Origin: an uncultured virus (IMG/VR IMGVR_UViG_3300029953_000021)
Taxonomy: Duplodnaviria; Heunggongvirae; Uroviricota; Caudoviricetes; Schitoviridae
Strand: one strand, 5' to 3'
DNA: 64,000 nt
Virus record (IMG/VR): IMGVR_UViG_3300029953_000021
In this document: piece after piece, positions 56,889 through 64,000 of the stretch
Position numbering within the stretch: the first letter of the stretch is position 1
Layout of the letters: each line of letters begins with the position of its first letter
Made by a program: the position numbers and the translations under genes
The notes under the pieces: model-generated
What the model was told of the DNA's origin: nothing
The model's database searches: none
What the model saw: only the letters and a program-made list of their open reading frames with translations

Positions 56889-57203
56889 ATGGCACAGATT
56901 GATACCCGACATGAGGCGCTGCTCCGCTTGGTGCAGCGTCTCCAGAAGGAATACGGCGAGACTTCGATAGCGAATTTCGCTCTCGATGAGCAGCTCAACC
57001 AGGCCGAGGCTCATATTCAGCATCTTCATGCGCTGGACGAAGAGAAGAACTCGACGATTACTGCCCTGTTCGCTCGCATCAAGCAGGCCGACGAAGACAA
57101 CGAATCCCTGCGCAAGCAGCTCGATCCCAAGCGGGGTGATCGCTTCGCTGGCCCTCGCAAGAAAGCAGCTGTTCGTGGCGCAGACCAAGATCAATCCGTC
57201 TGA
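56889..57203 (+). CDS. Coiled-coil protein (possible fibre chaperone)
   Basis: Charged heptad pattern, GAGG RBS. Confidence 0.65.
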   Translation: MAQIDTRHEALLRLVQRLQKEYGETSIANFALDEQLNQAEAHIQHLHALDEEKNSTITALFARIKQADEDNESLRKQLDPKRGDRFAGPRKKAAVRGADQDQSV

Positions 57204-58143
57204 TCAGATCCCGAGCGGATCTCTCACTCGGGCGATGCTGAATACGACTAACGCCGGGTCTGCGGTCATCGCTAAGGTGATCGCAGGCTGGGGTGTTGGG
57301 CTGACTTCGACGGGAGCCGATAGTGGCACAGGCGATGTCACTCTCGGTCTGACCGGAGATGGCCTGGGTTCTCGGAACCATCTCCGAAATCCGACTTTCG
57401 TCATCAATCAGCGGGCTGTTTCCGGCACAGTTACACTTGCCGCAGGTGTCTATGGCCATGATGGCGTAAAAGCAGGCGCTTCAGGCTGCACTTATACGTT
57501 TTCGGCCTCTGGCCTCGACACGACGCTGACGATTACGGCAGGTTCGCTGATTCTGCCCATCGAGTCGGTGTTTATCGAAGGTGGGTCTTACACACTCTCG
57601 CAAGCGGGCACGGCTCATGCCCGTGTCTGGCAGGGCACTGGCACTACCGGCACAGGCTCCTATGTCGCTGCGCCTTTCACGGTCACAGGGCTCACCGTCA
57701 ACACTCAAACGAACGTCGAGTTCACGACTGGAACTGTTCTACAACCGCAGTTCGAGGCTGGCTCTACGGCTACGAACTTCGAGCGTCGGATCATCACCGA
57801 TGAATGGTCGCTCGCGCTGCGATACTATCTGTCGACCTATGCCGCAGGCGTGAAGCCCGGCACGGCTGGCGCTTCGCCCGCTTTTGCGGTCTTTGCTCAG
57901 ACTGCAATCAGCTATCTTGTTGTGTTCTCGGGGTTCTTTCCAATGCCGATGCACGCAAATCCGACCATTGTTATCTATTCGCCCAACAGCGGAGCTTCCG
58001 GGAATGTCTATGCAAACAATGCCGGCTCCGACCAGGCTGCTTATGTCTCTGGTTCCTCACGTTTTGGTCTCACGGTAAGTTTAAACGGTTCCAGCCTCAC
58101 GGGTGGTTTCCAGATAAACTTCACCGCCAGTTCGGATATCTAA
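57175..58143 (+). CDS. Tail fibre-like protein 2
   Basis: GTG start gives MAQTKINPSDQI, paralogous to MAQTQINGATQI; RNHLRNPTFVINQR, QFEAGSTATNFERR...LALRYY. Confidence 0.75.
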   Translation: MAQTKINPSDQIPSGSLTRAMLNTTNAGSAVIAKVIAGWGVGLTSTGADSGTGDVTLGLTGDGLGSRNHLRNPTFVINQRAVSGTVTLAAGVYGHDGVKAGASGCTYTFSASGLDTTLTITAGSLILPIESVFIEGGSYTLSQAGTAHARVWQGTGTTGTGSYVAAPFTVTGLTVNTQTNVEFTTGTVLQPQFEAGSTATNFERRIITDEWSLALRYYLSTYAAGVKPGTAGASPAFAVFAQTAISYLVVFSGFFPMPMHANPTIVIYSPNSGASGNVYANNAGSDQAAYVSGSSRFGLTVSLNGSSLTGGFQINFTASSDI

Positions 58144-58144
58144 A

Positions 58145-58537
58145 GTGTCTTATACCCTAATGGCCAACTCAACGTCTGTTCGACGCGACTCCGACAATGC
58201 AATGATCCCCAATGATCCGGCCAATATCGACTGGGTGGCATATCAGACCTGGCTGGGGGCGGGAAATACACCCTCGCTAGCACCTTCAGCACCTGAACAA
58301 GTTCCGTCTTGTCAGCTTTGGCAATTGCAAGCTGTGTTGACTGCGGCGCAATGGGTTCTAGTGCAGAATGCGGTCGCAACGCTGAACAATCCTGCCGTCA
58401 GCGCCTTCTTTGCCCATGGTACGAACGTCATCCCGGCCAATTCGACAACGCTCGGGTCACTGGCGACAGCAATCGGCATCGATCCCTCGACACTGCCTAC
58501 CTTGATCGCAGAAGCTGCTGCTATTGCTATCCCTTAA
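58145..58537 (+). CDS. Tail fibre assembly chaperone-like protein
   Basis: IPNDPANIDWVAYQTWLGAGNTP. Confidence 0.7.
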   Translation: MSYTLMANSTSVRRDSDNAMIPNDPANIDWVAYQTWLGAGNTPSLAPSAPEQVPSCQLWQLQAVLTAAQWVLVQNAVATLNNPAVSAFFAHGTNVIPANSTTLGSLATAIGIDPSTLPTLIAEAAAIAIP

Positions 58538-58579
58538 AGTAAACTCTAAGTAGGAGGAAGCAACAATAGCTTCCTCCTA
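58535..58579 (-). repeat. Right inverted repeat of the tail-fibre cassette
   Basis: Minus strand TAGGAGGAA-N11-TTCCTCCTA-CTTAGAGTTTACTTTA. Confidence 0.75.
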
Positions 58580-58663
58580 GTTGTATATAATGTCTATAAT
58601 AGACTACTGCATGTACACTGAGCCAGGTATAAGCCAATTGGCGCTCAGAGAAGGTACTGCACG

Positions 58664-59962
58664 ATGTCTGAAGACACTTGGACCCTCGGAGTCCTTTCCC
58701 CTCCGGCAAGCGATTTGGTCGTTGTTCCGAGCGATATTTCGCTCATTGAAGCGATTGCGGGGGTCGACTCGGCAGGCATCACTGTCGTCAACGTAAATCA
58801 GCTGCTTGGAGCACCCATTGGCCCGGCCAATGCTGTTCCGATGTATGACGCCTATTTGTCGCCTGTGACGACGGCTTGGACGAGCGCCACGGCCCTGAAT
58901 ACGGCCTTTGTGGTCAATACTTCGGGCTACGACACGGTGATCTTCACGGCTGTCGGCGGTGCGACCGTTACAGGCGGCGCCATCACTTTTGAGGTTTATG
59001 ACGGCGCGAACTGGCTGCCCCTGAAGGCGGCTCGAACCGACTCGTATCTTACGGACTCGGTGTTCACCCTCTCGGCGAACTTCTCGAAAGCCTGGCAGCT
59101 CTCGGTTGCTGGCTTCCCTCAGGCCCGAGCCCGTCTGTCTACGGCTCTCACCGGAGCTGGAAGTCTTGGGTTGACGATGGCTGTTTCGTCGGCTCCGGAC
59201 ACTTCGCTTGTGACCGTGGGTTTCGACCCGTCTTCTCCTTTGCCGGCTGGCACGAATGCTCTCGGCACTGTGATCGCTGAGTTGAGCGCTCCTCAAGCTA
59301 CCGCGGATCAAGCTTCGGCTGCGATCACGGCGACCACCACGAGCGCGGCAGTCACGCCCACCTTCGGCGCCGAATATGAAGTCAACCAGGTCGTCACCGC
59401 TGTGACCGGCACTTCTCCGACGATGGATGTTGTTGTCGAAGAGTCCGAAGACGGCACGAACTGGTTTGACGTCTACCACTTCTCCCGAATCACGGCGGCT
59501 GGCGCTTATCGTTCGCCGAAGCTGATCATGAAGGGGACTCGACTTCGTGTTGTCGAGACGATCGGCGGCACCACGCCCTCGTTTACCCGGTCCAGGAACC
59601 GTCTTCAGGGCTCCTCGGGGATGGCTCAGTTCACTCGACGTATCTTCGATCGAGCGATCTCGCTCACCACGCTCTCGGCGACGACCACCACCACTTCCGG
59701 CAATGCCCTGAATGTTCAGGACTGCCGCAATCTCTCGCTGACCATCAACATTGGCGCTGCGACGACTGCTCCGGCTTTGCAGCTCCAGGCTTCAGAGGAT
59801 GGTGGCGCTTCCTGGTTCCTCATTGGTTCGCCTTTGCTCGCAGTCGCCTCGTCCACCGTCTCCATGACGCTCACCAACGTGAATTACGAGCTGGTCCGAG
59901 CCATCGTCACCACGGCTGGAGCTACCGTCACTCCCGGTTACGTCGCCATCAAGGGCTTCTGA
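58664..59962 (+). CDS. Putative virion structural protein with three beta-sandwich repeats
   Basis: Thr/Ala-rich; repeated EVYDGANW, ESEDGTNW, ASEDGGASW. Confidence 0.65.
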   Translation: MSEDTWTLGVLSPPASDLVVVPSDISLIEAIAGVDSAGITVVNVNQLLGAPIGPANAVPMYDAYLSPVTTAWTSATALNTAFVVNTSGYDTVIFTAVGGATVTGGAITFEVYDGANWLPLKAARTDSYLTDSVFTLSANFSKAWQLSVAGFPQARARLSTALTGAGSLGLTMAVSSAPDTSLVTVGFDPSSPLPAGTNALGTVIAELSAPQATADQASAAITATTTSAAVTPTFGAEYEVNQVVTAVTGTSPTMDVVVEESEDGTNWFDVYHFSRITAAGAYRSPKLIMKGTRLRVVETIGGTTPSFTRSRNRLQGSSGMAQFTRRIFDRAISLTTLSATTTTTSGNALNVQDCRNLSLTINIGAATTAPALQLQASEDGGASWFLIGSPLLAVASSTVSMTLTNVNYELVRAIVTTAGATVTPGYVAIKGF

Positions 59963-59963
59963 A

Positions 59964-60665
59964 ATGGCTGATCTCGCCACGATTCTGCCGGTCACCCTCG
60001 CTTTTGAGGGTGGCTGGGCCGACAACCCGAAAGATCCGGGTGGAGCGACGATGAAGGGGATCACCTTCGCGACGTTCAAGCAGTTCTTCCCCGGAAGGAC
60101 GGTCACCCAGCTTCGCGACATCTCGGATGCAGACGTTCAGCACATCTACGATGTCGGGTACTTCACGCCCATTTCAGGCTCTACGCTCACGCAAGGCGTG
60201 AGCATGGTGGCGTTTGACTACGGCGTCAATTCGGGCGTCAGTCGAGCCAAGAATGTCCTTGCCAGCACGAGCGCTCTCTCGGGAGTTCCTCGGGTCACGG
60301 CGATTTCGAACGCTCGCCTCTCGTTTCTGCACGCTCTCAGCACCTGGAAGTATTTCGGCACTGACTGGGGTCGAAGGGTCGGTGAAGCTGAAGCCCAAGG
60401 CATCAAGTGGGAGACGATCTCTCCTGCGGCTGCTTCGGTCACGATGAAGGCGTCTGCCACCACGGTTCGCAAGACTGCAACTGCCCATACGACTGTTGCG
60501 GTGGCTTCCACGGCCACGGTGCCCACGAGTTTCGCTGTTCCCACTCAGATTTCAACGACCACCGAGCTGATCATCTTCGGTGTCGTCATCGCTGTGGCGG
60601 CTGTCTTCGGGATCCTCGCTTTCCACAATTCCCAACGTGCCTCTGCTCTGGAGAAGGCTTCATGA
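59964..60665 (+). CDS. GH108-family endolysin with C-terminal TM
   Basis: FEGGWADNPKDPGGATMKGIT, FDYGVNSG, hydrophobic C-terminus. Confidence 0.88.
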   Translation: MADLATILPVTLAFEGGWADNPKDPGGATMKGITFATFKQFFPGRTVTQLRDISDADVQHIYDVGYFTPISGSTLTQGVSMVAFDYGVNSGVSRAKNVLASTSALSGVPRVTAISNARLSFLHALSTWKYFGTDWGRRVGEAEAQGIKWETISPAAASVTMKASATTVRKTATAHTTVAVASTATVPTSFAVPTQISTTTELIIFGVVIAVAAVFGILAFHNSQRASALEKAS

Positions 60666-61225
60666 ACGTCGCTCTCGATGACCTGAAGCCCATCGTCGAT
60701 CTGCTGCTCACCAATGGTGTGCCGCTGCTGGCGAATATGCTCCTCCCCGGTGTTGGCGGCACGGTCGCAGCTGCTGTGATGCCCTCCTTGGTTCAAGCCT
60801 TTGGCCTGACCCCGGAAGCTTCAGTGTCTGATTTGGCGACAGCCATCCAGGCTGACCCGAATGCCGCCGCCAAACTGGCTGTGCTTCAGGAACGGCACGC
60901 TTCGCAGTTGGATTTCTCCAAGTCTGCGGTCGACGCCAACGAGGAAGCGATCAAGCTGGAGCCCTCGTTCTGGGGCCGGCTTTTCGTCGGTGGATGGCGG
61001 CCTGCTATGGGCTGGGTCGGCGTCTGGGCGGTCATCTATCAGATCGTCGCCTCGGCAACGAAGCTTCCCCTGATGCCGATCGAGATGTTCGGCACGGTGT
61101 TGGGTCTCTGGACTGGCTTGGCCGGTATCAGGGCGGTCGAGGCTGTCAAGGGTGTGGCTCGTAGCTCTCTCAGCGTGGTTCACGAGAATGCAATTGCCGC
61201 TGCTTTCGCCAAAAAGGTGAAATGA
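60662..61225 (+). CDS. Holin (3TM / GTA-type)
   Basis: ATGA-coupled to the lysin; FVGGWRPAMGWV, LAGIRAVEAVKGV. Confidence 0.75.
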   Translation: MNVALDDLKPIVDLLLTNGVPLLANMLLPGVGGTVAAAVMPSLVQAFGLTPEASVSDLATAIQADPNAAAKLAVLQERHASQLDFSKSAVDANEEAIKLEPSFWGRLFVGGWRPAMGWVGVWAVIYQIVASATKLPLMPIEMFGTVLGLWTGLAGIRAVEAVKGVARSSLSVVHENAIAAAFAKKVK

Positions 61226-61542
61226 AGATGGCGGTTGAGGCTGCGGGAGCAGACATCCCCAATTGGATCGTTGCTCTCGGAGTTGGCCTGGGATCAGCGA
61301 TCATCAGTGGCTTCTCAGGCTTCCTTGTTGGCCTCGTCAATCGTGGTCCAGCCATGCAGTTGGCCATCAATGCAGCTTTCGAGCCGCTTCTGGAGGGCTA
61401 CAAGGCGAGGGTTTCTGAACTCATCGCCGAGATACACACCCTCCGATATGAGGTGAAAGAGCTCCAAGAGGCGCTGACCACAGCCAAGCAGGAACTCCAC
61501 CTGGCTCGAACCAACGATACCCCGACTGGATTCGGCGTCTAA
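61222..61542 (+). CDS. Membrane protein with coiled coil (lysis cassette)
   Basis: N-terminal TM followed by heptads. Confidence 0.6.
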   Translation: MKMAVEAAGADIPNWIVALGVGLGSAIISGFSGFLVGLVNRGPAMQLAINAAFEPLLEGYKARVSELIAEIHTLRYEVKELQEALTTAKQELHLARTNDTPTGFGV

Positions 61543-61552
61543 GGGACTCAAA

Positions 61553-63814
61553 ATGGATACCGGTGATGCAAACCAGGATACCCAGTTCCAGCTTGCTGAG
61601 GACGTGGACACCAAGCTCACGAAATGGATAAACGAGCCGACTGTCGAGATCCTGAAGCGTGATCTGGAGTCGACTCGTAGTGCTCACGACGAGCACGTTG
61701 CCAAAGTCGACACTTGGACGGGTCTCTTGCATGGTCGGCATCATGGGGAGAAGCGTAATGGCCCCTATGAAGGCGAGAGTGAAGGTCGCCGAGAGAAAGC
61801 CCCCAAGGGGCGCTCCAAAGTCCAGCCGAAGCTCATTCGACGTCAAGCCGAGTGGCGCTATGCTGCGCTGAGTGAGCCTTTCCTTGGTTCGAACAAGCTC
61901 TTCAAGGTGGATCCTTGCACCTATGAAGACGCTGCTGCGGCCACTCAGAACGAACTCGTGCTGAATTGGCAGTTCCGAACCAAACTCAATCGCGTCAAGT
62001 TCGTTGATGACTACGTTCGATCGACGGTCGATGAGGGTACGTGCATCGTTCGAGTGGGCTGGAGGCGGCAGACTGTCCATATAAAGAAGACTGTGCCGGT
62101 CTGGGATCACTATGAAATCGACAATGAGCAAGATGCTCAGACCCTGAAGCAGGCTCTTGACCTCAAGCAGGAGAATCCGAGGGCCTACGAAGATCAGGTC
62201 CATCCGGCTGTGAAAGCCGCTGTCGATCTTCACGAGGAGACCGGGACAGCCACCAAGGCCGTGCAGAATGGGACTGAGGAAGTCCCCCACGAAAAAGTCC
62301 TTCAGAACTTTCCGACTGTCGAAGTCCTCGATCCGCGGAACGTTTTCATCGATCCCTCGTGCAATGGAGACATCTCCAAGGCGCTCTTCTGCGTGATCAC
62401 GTTCGAGACCTCGAAGTCTGAGCTTCTCAAAGAACCCAAGAAATACAAGAACCTCGACAAGGTGAACTGGTCGTCCAACGCCCCGGTCAGCGAGCCCAAT
62501 CACAGGACCCAGACCCCCAGTGAGTCGATGATGCTCGACACGATGCGCCGCAAGGTCGTCGCCTATGAGTATTGGGGCCTCTACGACATGAACAAAGACG
62601 GCGTTCTTGTGCCGTTTGTCGCTACCTGGATCGGATCCACTCTGGTCCGGATGGAGCCCAATCCCTATCCGGATGAGGGTCTCCCGATCGTTTTGGTCCC
62701 CTATATGCCGGTGAAGCGTCACCTCTACGGTGAACCTGATGCGGCCCTGCTCGAGGACAATCAGGCGATCCTGGGTGCTGTGATGCGAGGCATGATCGAC
62801 TTGCTCGGTCGCTCCGCCAATGGCCAGCAGGGCATTGCCAAGGGAATGCTCGATCCTCTGAACCGTCGTCGCTACGAGAACGGGCAGGACTACGAGTTCA
62901 ACCCGAATATGTCGCCGGCGAACGGCATTATCGAGCACAAGTACCCGGAATTGCCGCAGTCGGCTCTGTCCATGACGGCCATGGTGAACCAGGAAGCGGA
63001 AGCCCTCACAGGTGTGAAGAGCTTCTCCGGTGGCATCTCTGGTTCGGCCTACGGCTCTGTCGCCGCCAATGCCAAGTCTGCACTCGATGCAGCTGCTCTC
63101 CGTGAGATGGCGATTCTTCGTCGTTTGGCGAAGGGCATGGTCGACATTGGCACCAAGATCATTGGCATGAATGCCGTGTTCTTGTCCGACAAAGAGACGG
63201 TCATGGTCACGAACGAGAAGTTCGTCGAGATCAGCCGTGAAGACCTCAAGGGCAACTTCGATCTCGATGTGGACATTTCCACGGCTGAAGTCGACGACGC
63301 CAAAGGCCAGGATCTGAGCTTCATGCTCCAGACTTGTGGCCCTGCGGCTGGCCCTGAGATCACGATGATGATCCTGGCCGAGATCGCCGAACTGAAGCGT
63401 ATGCCCGTCTTGGCTCAAAAGCTCCGCAACTTCAAACCGAGCCCTCCGCCTCCGCCTTCCCCGGAACAGCAGCAGATCACGCAACTCCAATTGCAGGCTG
63501 CCCAGCTCGCGGTTCAGAAACTTCAGGCCGAGATCGAACTGATCCAGTCCAAGGCAGGCATGGAAGACGCTCGCAAGGACAAGACCAATCTCGATTACGT
63601 CGAGCAAGAAACGGGCACGGCCCATGCTCGCGATATGGAGCTTCAGCAGGCTAATGCCCTAAGTCAGCAGCAGTTGGCTTCCACAAATGCAGAAGGTCAG
63701 CGGCATTTGGCGGTGACGAAGGCGCTCACTACTCCAACAAAGGAAGGAGAGAGCAAGCCTGATATTCATGCCGCCGTAGGTTATAATCATCTCGCGAAGA
63801 CTACTACGCTGTAA
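61553..63814 (+). CDS. Portal protein (N4 gp59-like)
   Basis: [55 protein letters not shown]. Confidence 0.93.
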   Translation: MDTGDANQDTQFQLAEDVDTKLTKWINEPTVEILKRDLESTRSAHDEHVAKVDTWTGLLHGRHHGEKRNGPYEGESEGRREKAPKGRSKVQPKLIRRQAEWRYAALSEPFLGSNKLFKVDPCTYEDAAAATQNELVLNWQFRTKLNRVKFVDDYVRSTVDEGTCIVRVGWRRQTVHIKKTVPVWDHYEIDNEQDAQTLKQALDLKQENPRAYEDQVHPAVKAAVDLHEETGTATKAVQNGTEEVPHEKVLQNFPTVEVLDPRNVFIDPSCNGDISKALFCVITFETSKSELLKEPKKYKNLDKVNWSSNAPVSEPNHRTQTPSESMMLDTMRRKVVAYEYWGLYDMNKDGVLVPFVATWIGSTLVRMEPNPYPDEGLPIVLVPYMPVKRHLYGEPDAALLEDNQAILGAVMRGMIDLLGRSANGQQGIAKGMLDPLNRRRYENGQDYEFNPNMSPANGIIEHKYPELPQSALSMTAMVNQEAEALTGVKSFSGGISGSAYGSVAANAKSALDAAALREMAILRRLAKGMVDIGTKIIGMNAVFLSDKETVMVTNEKFVEISREDLKGNFDLDVDISTAEVDDAKGQDLSFMLQTCGPAAGPEITMMILAEIAELKRMPVLAQKLRNFKPSPPPPPSPEQQQITQLQLQAAQLAVQKLQAEIELIQSKAGMEDARKDKTNLDYVEQETGTAHARDMELQQANALSQQQLASTNAEGQRHLAVTKALTTPTKEGESKPDIHAAVGYNHLAKTTTL

Positions 63815-63901
63815 GTTATGCTTTGACTTGGTTCGAAAATGTTTTAACAGTGCCCAAGTCAAGTCGAACTAAGTCAACTTTCCCTCAAGGACCACTCAGA
63901 T

Positions 63902-64000
63902 ATGTCTGAAGTCGCTCAACTCGAGAACCAGCTCGAATTCAACAAGCACTTGCTCGAACAGAAGACCCGTGCGGAGCGTCTTGCTCGCAACATGGACTTC
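63902..64000 (+). CDS. Start of the next late gene (3'-truncated)
   Basis: AAGGA RBS; MSEVAQLENQLEFNKHLLEQKTRAERLARNMDF. Confidence 0.65.
   Translation, partial: MSEVAQLENQLEFNKHLLEQKTRAERLARNMDF

Noticed and set aside
56889..57203. Programmed frameshift fusing the coiled-coil gene to fibre 2
   Set aside because: No canonical slippery heptamer seen; the GTG at 57175 gives an N-terminus paralogous to fibre 1
61421..63625. 734-aa minus-strand ORF (and similar long antisense ORFs over vRNAP, primase, RNAP2 and tail genes)
   Set aside because: Codon-bias shadows of well-supported genes on the other strand
2..64000. Genome-wide UGA recoding
   Set aside because: Many core genes (vRNAP, terL, int) end in TGA at expected lengths, with ATGA/TGATG coupling

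Overview
The whole window is part of one N4-like (Schitoviridae-type) podophage genome, probably infecting an alphaproteobacterium (host inferred, not shown). It is read across the joined genome ends. Order: giant virion RNA polymerase (+, 5'-truncated); a minus-strand replication and middle block (RuvC-like, SSB, primase, PolA-family polymerase, helicase, rIIA/rIIB); an integration module; nucleotide-metabolism genes; a MoxR/vWA pair; a 600-nt structured non-coding region; small early genes with the two-subunit RNAPII and a gp2 homologue behind two vRNAP hairpin promoters; then a plus-strand late block (anti-defence sponge candidates, terminase, adaptor, tail module, lysis genes, portal). Most striking is a cellulase pair at the tail-appendage locus: a GH5 endoglucanase and a GH48 processive cellulase, both with intact catalytic residues and no signal peptides. 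They sit with Calx-beta and ASH-type Ig modules whose beta-strands appear split across neighbouring ORFs, suggesting a virion-mounted cellulose-degrading appendage. Also notable: an intact attP carrying the 5' (not 3') half of tRNA-Ser(UGA); about 45-bp inverted repeats bracketing the tail-fibre cassette; a strand-polarised 12-mer repeated across the genome; and twin 9-codon mini-ORFs ending in covarying hairpins. All family calls come from motif recognition by eye; no searches were run.
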